Assembly (NCBI GenBank): GCA_937885575.1
Contig: CALABO010000008.1
Span: 6,294-70,293 of the forward strand
Source of the DNA: an uncultured Pseudomonadota bacterium
GTDB taxonomy: Bacteria; Pseudomonadota; Alphaproteobacteria; Rs-D84
Reading direction: 5' to 3'
Length of the DNA: 64,000 nucleotides
Shown here piece after piece: positions 1-7,442 of this stretch (position 1 is its first letter; every line of letters begins with the position of its first letter). The translations under genes were made by a program, and so were the position numbers. The notes under the pieces were generated by a model. The model made no database searches. It was not told the DNA's origin and saw only the letters and a program-made list of their open reading frames with translations.

Positions 1-188
1 TCTGTACTTCCGATACTTTGTCGCACCCGATTTGAACCTTTACCTGCAAGTTGAAATGTCCGCCCTGCAAAAATCACAAATGCCACCAAGAAAAGCCCAT
101 ACACAAAGCGCAAACGCCTATGTCCCGCGGCATTACCACCGCCCCCCGTAAAACCATGCTTAAAAATATCCCTTCCTACTTCAAACAT
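1..188 (-). CDS. ftsI: Peptidoglycan D,D-transpeptidase FtsI/PBP3, N-terminal fragment (gene runs off left edge)
   Basis: Manual minus-strand translation from ATG at 188 gives MFEVGRDIFKHGFTGGGGNAAGHRRLRFVYGLFLVAFVIFAGRTFQLAGKG, a short tail plus single TM anchor typical of class B PBPs. Its start overlaps the stop of the ftsL-like ORF (TAATG). Confidence 0.5.
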   Translation of the reverse strand, partial: MFEVGRDIFKHGFTGGGGNAAGHRRLRFVYGLFLVAFVIFAGRTFQLAGKGSNRVRQSIGST

Positions 189-487
189 TATTTACTGTCT
201 ATTCTATCTGGTAAATCTTGGATTTCAACAGATTTATTAAAACTTATTGGCTCTACTTTTGAAAAACCACTTATATCAATTAAATTACGCAAACTTTCAG
301 GCCGAACCCAGGCCGCAAATTCCGCCTGGGCCAATGCGATATCTTGTTGCGCATCGCGAATTTTTTCGCGCACATGGCGCCGTTCATTATTTTGCGTGCG
401 ATAACAGACCTGTAATGCAACCGTAAGCGCAACAACCAAAATCAGCATCGCCGACCCAATACGAAACATTTTTTCTTCTTCATTCAT
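188..487 (-). CDS. Small single-TM cell-division protein, FtsL-like
   Basis: 99 aa with an N-terminal TM helix (FRIGSAMLILVVALTVALQV) followed by a helical region. It is translationally coupled to the ftsI-like start. Confidence 0.5.
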   Translation of the reverse strand: MNEEEKMFRIGSAMLILVVALTVALQVCYRTQNNERRHVREKIRDAQQDIALAQAEFAAWVRPESLRNLIDISGFSKVEPISFNKSVEIQDLPDRIDSK

Positions 488-524
488 CTTTCCACCAGAA
501 TAAAATCCTTTCGCGTGTATTGTA

Positions 525-887
525 TCACAAATTTTTCAAAAAACGAATCATAGAATTGACCCCGTTCAACCGCGCCGCACCAATATTTATTTTAAGTTCC
601 AAAAACATCTTTTCCAAATCCATTTGCCGTATTTCATTCGGCACCTTGCCATCAACAATCGACAAGATTATAAACAAAATTCCACGCACAATCGCCGAAT
701 CGGCCACGCCATAGAAATTATTTTTTACCCGACAAATCTGAACAAACGATGTGCAACCGATTATTTCTGTGCACTCTGCGCCCGCCGGCACCGGCGCCAA
801 TTCTTTACCCAAATCCATAACGAATTCCAATTTTTCAACCGGGTCAATTATGGAATCCAAAGTTTTTTTTATCTGTTCAAATTTCAT
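525..887 (-). CDS. sufE: Cysteine desulfuration protein SufE
   Basis: 120 aa with the SufE-type active-site loop GCTSFVQI. It lies next to sufT and sufS. Confidence 0.8.
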   Translation of the reverse strand: MKFEQIKKTLDSIIDPVEKLEFVMDLGKELAPVPAGAECTEIIGCTSFVQICRVKNNFYGVADSAIVRGILFIILSIVDGKVPNEIRQMDLEKMFLELKINIGAARLNGVNSMIRFLKNL

Positions 888-890
888 TTT

Positions 891-1205
891 TTACCAACCA
901 CTGTTTGTAAGGTCCAATTCAATTCGCGCGGCATCGGACATACGCGACAAATCCCACGCCGGTTCCCACACCAACTCTACATTGACCGCGGCCGGCGCAA
1001 CAACCCGCGACACCGTATTTTTAACCTGATTCAAAATATCCTCCATCATCGGACAAGTTGGACTGGTAAAAGTCATTTTAATATTCACCGCATCCTTTGC
1101 AATATCAATATCATACACCAATCCCATATCCCAAATGTTCACCGGGATTTCCGGGTCATATACGGTTTTAAGCGCACCAATAATATCATCTTTTGTAAAC
1201 GCCAT
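891..1205 (-). CDS. sufT: Fe-S cluster assembly protein SufT (DUF59 family)
   Basis: 104 aa with DUF59 motifs DPEIPVNIWDMGLVY and TSPTCPM, in suf gene context. Confidence 0.7.
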   Translation of the reverse strand: MAFTKDDIIGALKTVYDPEIPVNIWDMGLVYDIDIAKDAVNIKMTFTSPTCPMMEDILNQVKNTVSRVVAPAAVNVELVWEPAWDLSRMSDAARIELDLTNSGW

Positions 1206-1207
1206 TT

Positions 1208-2323
1208 TTATTTCACTATTTTGTTTATCACATCAATTATTTTATCTATATCATCGACTGTATTCCATGAACCGACGGAAATCCGCACCGACCCCGGGAC
1301 ACCCATACGCGCATGAATCCAAGACGCGCACATATTCCCCGCGCGCATACATATATTATTCGCACCAATCAACGCACCAACATCCAACGGATGCATACCG
1401 TCAACGACGAAACTTAAAATCGCCGCATCACGCGTGGTAAGAATTTTTACCTTTGGATTTTTTTGCAATTCATCATACGCATGCTTTATCAAATCAAGAT
1501 TCGGCCGATTTTTTTCCAAATAATCAATCGCCGGCACCATTCCCGCAATCTGGGTCAGTGGCAAAGTTCCCGCCTCCCACTTATCTGGACTTGTGTATAA
1601 ATTTAGTGACGTATCTGTGACCTTGGCCACCATACCGCCACCGAATTTATCAGGGAAATATTTATCCGCATCGCGAATATATAAAATGCCAACACCGGTA
1701 TCCGCACCAATTTTGTGCCCCGAAAACACCAAGAAATCACAATCCCATTTTTTCACATCTATCTTTTCATGAACAACATATTGCGATGCATCAACAATCG
1801 TCACAACATCCGGATTTTTATTTCGCGCGGCGGCAATAATTGCACGCACATCTTGCGCCCGCCCCAAAACATTAGACATCGCGGTTATAATTAAAAAGTC
1901 GGTCTTTGGCACGGAATTTGGATTGATATCAAAATTTTCATCCAGTTCGCATTTGAACATTTCGCGAATATGGCCGTCATACATCAATTCTTGCCATGGC
2001 AATCGCGCCGAATGATGATCCAAATCGGACACCGCAAAGGTCGACATTTCCCGATACCATGGTTGCCGCGATAAAATATTCACAATACGATTCAGGCCAT
2101 CCGTCGCACCCGATGTAAAGACAACCTGATTCGGTTCGGCATTTATAAATTCCGCCACACGCCGCCGCGCGGCCGCCACCATATCATCAACCGCCACCGC
2201 CCGCGCGCAGATTCCCCGCCCCGCATTGGCATAAGAATTCCGCAGGAAATCCGCCTCTGCGCTTATAACACATTCCGGCTTTTGTGCGGTCGCCGCGGCA
2301 TCTAAGTATATGATTTTATTCAT
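1208..2323 (-). CDS. sufS: Cysteine desulfurase SufS (PLP-dependent)
   Basis: The ORF track extends to 2413. The start was moved to ATG 2323 (MNKIIYLDAAATAQKP, canonical N-terminus). An active-site Cys loop RAGNMCA lies near the C-terminus. Confidence 0.85.
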   Translation of the reverse strand: MNKIIYLDAAATAQKPECVISAEADFLRNSYANAGRGICARAVAVDDMVAAARRRVAEFINAEPNQVVFTSGATDGLNRIVNILSRQPWYREMSTFAVSDLDHHSARLPWQELMYDGHIREMFKCELDENFDINPNSVPKTDFLIITAMSNVLGRAQDVRAIIAAARNKNPDVVTIVDASQYVVHEKIDVKKWDCDFLVFSGHKIGADTGVGILYIRDADKYFPDKFGGGMVAKVTDTSLNLYTSPDKWEAGTLPLTQIAGMVPAIDYLEKNRPNLDLIKHAYDELQKNPKVKILTTRDAAILSFVVDGMHPLDVGALIGANNICMRAGNMCASWIHARMGVPGSVRISVGSWNTVDDIDKIIDVINKIVK

Positions 2324-2398
2324 TTTGCGTTTTCCCTTGCATTTTGTTCGAATTATAATACACTTGTGCAAAATATCAACCAGCAAAGGAGAAAAAAT

Positions 2399-2716
2399 AT
2401 GTCGGTAAAACACGCAACTGACGATAATTTCACCGAATCAATTGGTGGCGCATTAACACTTGTTGACTTTTGGGCACCGTGGTGCGGACCGTGCCGTATG
2501 TTTGGCCCAATATTCGAAGGTGCATCGGACAAAATGTCGGACGTGAACTTTGTTAAATTCGAAGTTAACGAAGAAAACCGTCGCACACCAACTAAATACG
2601 GCATTCGCGGAATTCCATGCGTACTGGCATTCAAAAACGGCGAATTGATAGAGGCACGTACCGGATTAATGGACGAAGAAACACTTGCCGCATGGATTGC
2701 GGAATTAAAAGGATAA
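2399..2716 (+). CDS. trxA: Thioredoxin
   Basis: WCGPC active site. An AGGAG RBS lies upstream of ATG 2399; the track start at 2366 is an upstream extension. Confidence 0.9.
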   Translation: MSVKHATDDNFTESIGGALTLVDFWAPWCGPCRMFGPIFEGASDKMSDVNFVKFEVNEENRRTPTKYGIRGIPCVLAFKNGELIEARTGLMDEETLAAWIAELKG

Positions 2717-2719
2717 AAC

Positions 2720-3148
2720 ATGGCAAAGGCAAATTATAAAACTATTAAACTTCCACCAAAATACACACCAAAAAAATCTGAACCATATATGTGTCCGGAA
2801 CATTTGGCGTATTTTTATCAATTGCTAACTGCGCAAAAGGAAGAAATCACACGCCAAAATACGGCGGCACTAAATTCTGTGACCGCAACAACGGTTGCAA
2901 ATTCTTCGATTACGGGCGACGAATTTGATAACGCGACCGCGGAACAGGAAACATCTATGACACTGCGTATGGCGGAACGCGATAATAACTTGCTTGCCAA
3001 AATAAACAACGCACTTGACCGAATCGAAAACGGCACATTTGGATACAGTGTTATATCCGGCGATGAAATCGGCCTTTCACGTATGCTGGCGCGACCACTT
3101 GCCACCATGACAATCGAAGAACAAGAAGAACACGAAAAAAGAAAATAA
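2720..3148 (+). CDS. dksA: RNA polymerase-binding regulator DksA, Cys-free variant
   Basis: 142 aa with the coiled-coil tip motif DEFDNA (DxxDxA). The C-terminal region aligns to the DksA zinc finger, but all four Cys are replaced (GYSVISG...ATMTIEEQ). Confidence 0.7.
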   Translation: MAKANYKTIKLPPKYTPKKSEPYMCPEHLAYFYQLLTAQKEEITRQNTAALNSVTATTVANSSITGDEFDNATAEQETSMTLRMAERDNNLLAKINNALDRIENGTFGYSVISGDEIGLSRMLARPLATMTIEEQEEHEKRK

Positions 3149-3160
3149 GAAAACATAAAA

Positions 3161-3190
3161 ACAGGCGACCCAAATCGCCTGTTATTTTTT
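3161..3190. terminator. Bidirectional intrinsic terminator between dksA and the convergent 3189..3662 gene
   Basis: Hairpin ACAGGCGA-CCCAAA-TCGCCTGT, followed by TATTTTTT on the plus strand and a T-rich run on the minus strand. Confidence 0.7.
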
Positions 3191-3662
3191 ATTTCTTTGG
3201 TTGTTGAACTTCAGCAGCCAACCGCGAATACACCCCCAACTTTGCCGCTTCTATCTCGGCCGCTTTTTCTTGACGTTTTCTCTCCTCTTCCGATTTACGC
3301 AGTTTTCGTTTCGCATCCTCCTGTTCATTATACAACTTTTCAACATCACGATAAATTGATTGCACAACTTCATCGTATTTGACGTTCGGCATTTGTTTTT
3401 CCCCATACTTGAACCACTCATTTGCTAGTGGTGTCCCGTCACTGAAAGCACTGAAAGCGGCCCCCACCTTAATCCATTCAATTCCGTTTTCAATAACAGA
3501 ATACCAATTCCAGTATCTATAATCTGCTACATAATCCTTTGACCTGCCCAGCCAATTCTTTTTCTGCTTTACAACAGGAACTCTTTTATGTTCATATTCA
3601 AAAACTATGCTTATCCCTTTAGCTTTTTTCTGTTCTACAATCTCCGCAAGGGTCATTTTCAT
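3189..3662 (-). CDS. Hypothetical protein with Lys/Glu-rich C-terminal tail
   Basis: 157-aa ORF with an ATG start. No family was recognised. Trp/Tyr-rich core and a charged coiled-coil-like tail. Confidence 0.5.
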   Translation of the reverse strand: MKMTLAEIVEQKKAKGISIVFEYEHKRVPVVKQKKNWLGRSKDYVADYRYWNWYSVIENGIEWIKVGAAFSAFSDGTPLANEWFKYGEKQMPNVKYDEVVQSIYRDVEKLYNEQEDAKRKLRKSEEERKRQEKAAEIEAAKLGVYSRLAAEVQQPKK

Positions 3663-3772
3663 TTTTTATCCTTTTATTAATTAGATACTGGTCTCATAGT
3701 AACACAAAACCACACAATGTCAAGAGATTGTTGAATTTTGCTTTTTCCTTTTTACTAATTTGGATAATTATG

Positions 3773-3900
3773 ACGACACCTCCCGGCGTTCCACGCCGTA
3801 CTCCTCTGGCCAGAGGAGAATTTTGCGCTCTGGAATCAAGTTCCCCTCTGGCTAGAGGGGGGTCTCGCTGTAGCGATAGCGAAAGCGGACGGGGTGTCGC
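3773..3900 (+). repeat. Family A nested-palindromic element, full copy A1
   Basis: CGACACCTCCCGGCGTTCCACGCCGTACTCCTCTGGCCAGAGGAGAA...AAGTTCCCCTCTGGCTAGAGGGG...CGGGGTGTCGC. Homologous to 5136..5253 (inverted) and 49788..49905. Confidence 0.9.
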
Positions 3901-3930
3901 AAAACATATCTACATCTAAAACCAACAACA

Positions 3931-3960
3931 CCATAAAAAACAGGCGGGTTTTACCGCCTG
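3931..3960 (-). terminator. Intrinsic terminator downstream of tatA
   Basis: Hairpin CAGGCGG-N6-CCGCCTG, followed by a T6 run on the minus strand (and also on the plus strand). Confidence 0.7.
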
Positions 3961-3964
3961 TTTT

Positions 3965-4186
3965 TTATTTCTTTTTTTGCACCCGATGCGCCGCGGGTTT
4001 CTTTTTCGGTGCGGATTTAGAATCCGCCGCTATCGCCTTTTTATCATCAGTTTTCATTTCTTTTTTGAAAACATTCAACCCATGGGCAAGGTTCCGCATC
4101 ATACCCGGAATCTTCGCGTGGCCGAACAAAATGACCAACAGTAAAACAATAACCAGTATTTCCATCCAACCCAATCTTCCAAACAT
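3965..4186 (-). CDS. tatA: Twin-arginine translocase subunit TatA/E
   Basis: MFGRLGWMEILVIVLLLVILFG TM helix followed by an amphipathic helix. An AAGGAG RBS lies 6 nt upstream of ATG 4186; the track start at 4201 is a GTG extension. Confidence 0.85.
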   Translation of the reverse strand: MFGRLGWMEILVIVLLLVILFGHAKIPGMMRNLAHGLNVFKKEMKTDDKKAIAADSKSAPKKKPAAHRVQKKK

Positions 4187-4198
4187 ATCAAACTCCTT

Positions 4199-4229
4199 CA
4201 CTAACCACTAACACTTACACTAACCACTA
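4199..4229 (-). repeat. Family B heptamer tract B1 (GTTAGTG-like units)
   Basis: The minus strand reads TAGTGGTTAGTGTAAGTGTTAGTGGTTAGTG. The tract contains the TAG stop of the SPOR gene and abuts the tatA RBS. Confidence 0.85.
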
Positions 4230-5066
4230 TTTTGCGACATAACAATCAAGTCCATCGGACTTTGCATTGCGACAGAACCCATTTGCATCACCCGAAGACG
4301 CAAACGCAATACGCAAACGATATGTCGTCGTTCCGTTCGGCAATACCGCGGCCAATATCACGAACTGTTTGCCCACGAACAAGTTTTGATGTCCGGCGCG
4401 AATCTTTTTCTCGGCGGCTTCGGCGGCGGCGCGTGTGCCATATGAACCAAATTGCACATACCAACCACCATTTGCAACCTTTTGCGCGGCGGGCTTTGGC
4501 GCCGGTTTCGGTTTTGCCGGTGTTTTAACTTCCTTTGGTGCGGGTGCCGGAACAGGTTTCGGTGTCACAGTCGCACGCTCTGGATTAAACGTCACATCTT
4601 TTCTATCCTCTATCACACGAACATTTTGATTCGGTTGCGGCGCAACCTCCACCGGTTGTGGTGCGGGCTGAACAACCTGAACCGGTTGCGGTGCAACCTG
4701 GACGGGCTGTGGCACAGGCGCGGGCCGCATATCACCCACCGGCATTTGCTGCACAGGCATAGTTTGCACCTGTACCGGCTGTGGCACCGGCATCGGACGC
4801 GGCGCGGGCATAATCATTTCCGGTTCGCGTTCTTCGACCATAACGGGCGCACCAAGGTCAACTTCTATCGAAGACGATGAATTATTGCTTACCACGCGGA
4901 CAATGATAACGACCGCCAAAACGATAATTGCAACCCCAATCGCCAACAGCAACCAAGGCCGATGTGGCCGCGGCGTTACGAAAGGCACCGCATCAGGCAA
5001 ACCCTCGTCCGCCGTACCATCGGCATCGTCCAAATCCAAAAGTTCTAATTCTTCTGTATCACTCAT
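4227..5066 (-). CDS. SPOR domain-containing membrane protein with Pro-rich repeats
   Basis: N-terminal acidic tail, one TM helix, PQPVQV-type Pro-rich repeats, and a C-terminal SPOR-like domain (GGWYVQFGSYGTRAAAEAA...RLRIAF). Confidence 0.75.
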   Translation of the reverse strand: MSDTEELELLDLDDADGTADEGLPDAVPFVTPRPHRPWLLLAIGVAIIVLAVVIIVRVVSNNSSSSIEVDLGAPVMVEEREPEMIMPAPRPMPVPQPVQVQTMPVQQMPVGDMRPAPVPQPVQVAPQPVQVVQPAPQPVEVAPQPNQNVRVIEDRKDVTFNPERATVTPKPVPAPAPKEVKTPAKPKPAPKPAAQKVANGGWYVQFGSYGTRAAAEAAEKKIRAGHQNLFVGKQFVILAAVLPNGTTTYRLRIAFASSGDANGFCRNAKSDGLDCYVAK

Positions 5067-5093
5067 GATATTTTTCTCCCTTTGATACAGGAT

Positions 5094-5104
5094 ATTATAT
5101 CATA
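5094..5104 (-). promoter_or_regulatory. Extended -10-like element TATGATATAAT upstream of the SPOR gene
   Basis: The minus strand reads TTGTGA-N16-TATAAT about 30 nt upstream of ATG 5066. The same motif recurs upstream of several genes. Confidence 0.4.
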
Positions 5105-5135
5105 AAAAAACAATATCACAAAAATTATTTTTTTC

Positions 5136-5253
5136 GCGACACCCCGCCCTACAGGCACCCCTCTAGCCAGAGGGGAACTTGGGCCACAACAAGACAAGAA
5201 CAAAATTCTCCTCTGGCCAGAGGAGTACGACGTGGAACGCCGGGAGGTGTCGC
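5136..5253 (-). repeat. Family A element, full copy A2 (inverted relative to A1)
   Basis: Its reverse complement is near-identical to 49788..49905. Termini are GCGACACC...GGTGTCGC. Confidence 0.9.
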
Positions 5254-5291
5254 AATTACAAAATATCCAATTTTAATTACACATCAACAAA

Positions 5292-5435
5292 TTATTTTGT
5301 GGGACGCGCACCAAAGTTTGGTGGCACAATCAGTTTATGATTTTGTTCGACAATCGGTTCGGTTTCGCAAGACCGCGTGCACGCGCCCAACACAACCGGC
5401 ATCAACATAACAAAAGCTAAAATTATTTTTTTCAT
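5292..5435 (-). CDS. Small putative lipoprotein (47 aa; below ORF-track cutoff)
   Basis: Manual translation gives MKKIILAFVMLMPVVLGACTRSCETEPIVEQNHKLIVPPNFGARPTK with an LGAC lipobox. ATG start and TAA stop. Confidence 0.45.
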   Translation of the reverse strand: MKKIILAFVMLMPVVLGACTRSCETEPIVEQNHKLIVPPNFGARPTK

Positions 5436-5458
5436 ATCCTTTCCTTTTTTATAATTAT

Positions 5459-5480
5459 GCCCCAATCAAACGATTGGGGC
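5459..5480. terminator. Hairpin downstream of thrS (possible terminator)
   Basis: GCCCCAATC-AAAC-GATTGGGGC. The T-run is clear only on the plus strand, so its function for minus-strand thrS is uncertain. Confidence 0.35.
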
Positions 5481-5503
5481 AACGATTTTTTATCACACAG
5501 GAA

Positions 5504-7261
5504 TTATATATCCAAGTCCCTGTTCTTAATTTTACTTTTAAGGTTTTGAATAAAATCATCCAATTGGACATTAAATTCCTGTTTCCCATCACGACGTCTT
5601 ACAGATATTGTTTGCGATTCTAATTCTTTATCACCAACAATAATCATGTAAGGAATCTGTTTCAGTTGTGCATTACGTATCTTTTTCTGCATACTTTCCG
5701 AAGAATAATCTTTCTTGATACGCAAGCCCGCCGTAGCAGTTTTTATTTCTACATTTTGCAACTTTTCTGCGATACTGTCCGCGTACACTTTGCAACGGTC
5801 AGAAATCGGAATAATTACCGCATGCACCGGCGACAACCAAACCGGCAATTTTCCGGCCAAATGTTCCAACATCAGCCCCATAAACCGCCCCAAAGAACCG
5901 TAAACAGTCCGGTGAATAAGAATCGGTGTCTTCTTATTGCCATCTTTATCTATGTACACACAGTTAAAGTTTCGTGGCAATTGAAAATCCAATTGAATAG
6001 TCCCAGTTTGCCATTCACGTCCCAAACTATCAACCATTTGAATATCTAACTTTGGACCATAAAACGCACCATCTTTTTCCTTGATTCCGAATCCATTATT
6101 TCCGAATCGGTTAACCAAGATTTTTTTCAAAATGGTTTCTGCCTTGTTCCAAGTTTCAATATCACCCATAAAGTCATCAGGTCTTGTTGATAATTTGATA
6201 AAATATTTCATATCAAACAACTTATAGTAATATTGAATTATATCAATAATACGATTATATTCGTCTTCTATCATATCTTCACTGATGAAAATATGTGCAT
6301 CGTCTTGATTAAATTCATATGTTCTAAACAAGCCGTTTAAAGCCCCTGAATTTTCATAACGATAAAGCATATCTGCATCAGCCATACGCCAAGGCAAATC
6401 ATGATAACTGCGTGGTTCATGTTGGTACGCGACAATAGAATTTGGACAAGACATAGGTGCCAAAGCAAAAACATTATTGTCGTCTTCTTTGAACACAAAC
6501 ATACTATCCTTATAGTGATCCCAATGTCCACTTGTTTCATACAATTCTTTTTTGTTCATGAGTGGTGAACGGAATTCAAAATAACCGTGTTTTTCATGAT
6601 ATTCCGACCAAAAGTTATACAACTCACGATAAACAATCCACCCACCCGGCATATAGTACGGAACACCAGGCGATCTTTCATCAAAGAAAAACAAACCCAA
6701 CGCCGGCCCAATTTTTCTATGGTCGCGTTTTGCGGCTTCTTCTTGCATTTTAAGGAAGTTATCCAATTCTTCTTTACTTGCAAACGCGTCAACATAGATA
6801 CGTTGCAACATTTTATTTTTCGAATCGCCCTTCCAATACGCGCCGGCGACACTGCGAATCTTGAAACCATCACGCGGCAAATCTTTGGAACTTTCCACAT
6901 GCGGCCCGCGACACAGATCGGTAAAATCGCGGAAAGTATAAATCGACAGTTTTTCGCCCGCCGCATCGTATTCGTTCAACCATTCCATTTTATACGGCTG
7001 GTCCGCAAAGATTTTTTTCGCTTCGTCCAGGTCGACAATTTTCTGTTCAAAACGACCGTTTGATTTAATCAATTCGCGCATTTCCCGTTCAATCTTTTCA
7101 AAATCTTCTTCGGAAAAGCGATAATCGGTATCAAAGTCGTAATAGAATCCGTTTTCAATCGCCGGCCCACCCGCAAACTTTACATCCGGGTGCAGTTTTT
7201 GCACCGCCGCCGCCATCACGTGCGCCAACGAGTGCCTAATCATTTCAATTGGATATGACAT
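5504..7261 (-). CDS. thrS: Threonine--tRNA ligase (no TGS domain)
   Basis: 585 aa. It starts at the editing-domain motif RHSLAHVM (HxxxH) and also has CRGPH, a class II core and a C-terminal anticodon-binding domain. Confidence 0.9.
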   Translation of the reverse strand: MSYPIEMIRHSLAHVMAAAVQKLHPDVKFAGGPAIENGFYYDFDTDYRFSEEDFEKIEREMRELIKSNGRFEQKIVDLDEAKKIFADQPYKMEWLNEYDAAGEKLSIYTFRDFTDLCRGPHVESSKDLPRDGFKIRSVAGAYWKGDSKNKMLQRIYVDAFASKEELDNFLKMQEEAAKRDHRKIGPALGLFFFDERSPGVPYYMPGGWIVYRELYNFWSEYHEKHGYFEFRSPLMNKKELYETSGHWDHYKDSMFVFKEDDNNVFALAPMSCPNSIVAYQHEPRSYHDLPWRMADADMLYRYENSGALNGLFRTYEFNQDDAHIFISEDMIEDEYNRIIDIIQYYYKLFDMKYFIKLSTRPDDFMGDIETWNKAETILKKILVNRFGNNGFGIKEKDGAFYGPKLDIQMVDSLGREWQTGTIQLDFQLPRNFNCVYIDKDGNKKTPILIHRTVYGSLGRFMGLMLEHLAGKLPVWLSPVHAVIIPISDRCKVYADSIAEKLQNVEIKTATAGLRIKKDYSSESMQKKIRNAQLKQIPYMIIVGDKELESQTISVRRRDGKQEFNVQLDDFIQNLKSKIKNRDLDI

Positions 7262-7303
7262 AATAAATTCCTTTTTTTATTGTAAGATTTTCAAACTGTT
7301 TGA

Positions 7304-7332
7304 TTATATTCGTGCGCCATAAAAAACGCAAA
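7304..7332 (-). promoter_or_regulatory. Sigma70-like promoter for thrS
   Basis: The minus strand reads TTGCGT-17 nt-TATAAT about 40 nt upstream of ATG 7261. Confidence 0.5.
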
Positions 7333-7442
7333 TAGAAATTACCGTACCCCCGCGGGGGTCGTTGTGGTCGTGGTTGTGAAAAAGAACAAAAATTGCTTCA
7401 TAACGACCGCATTATATTACAACCGAATCGAAAAGTCAACCG

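Noticed and set aside
27-45. GGTTCAAATC (minus strand) resembling a tRNA T-arm
   Set aside because: It lies inside the ftsI-like coding frame. No acceptor stem, D-arm or anticodon arm can be built around it.
51-404. 117-aa plus-strand ORF overlapping the ftsI-like and ftsL-like genes
   Set aside because: It is antisense to two genes with good context and coupling, has no RBS, and has a low-complexity composition. Treated as a shadow ORF.
624-1316. 230-aa plus-strand ORF across sufE/sufT/sufS
   Set aside because: It lies opposite three recognisable suf genes and is His/Arg/Asn-rich, which is typical of antisense translation.
3728-3919. 63-aa ORF (and the 120-aa ORF at 49577-49939) reading through family A repeats (..SSSPLARGG..)
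   Set aside because: These ORFs are created by the repeat sequence itself. They have no RBS and are not conserved outside the repeat. Only the mnmE copy is in a real gene.
7336-7369. CCCCCGCGGGGG palindrome followed by GTTGTGGTCGTGGTTGTG (a possible degenerate B tract or hlyIII terminator)
   Set aside because: The palindrome has no loop and no adjacent T-run. The GTTGTGG units lack the TAG core, so family membership cannot be supported.
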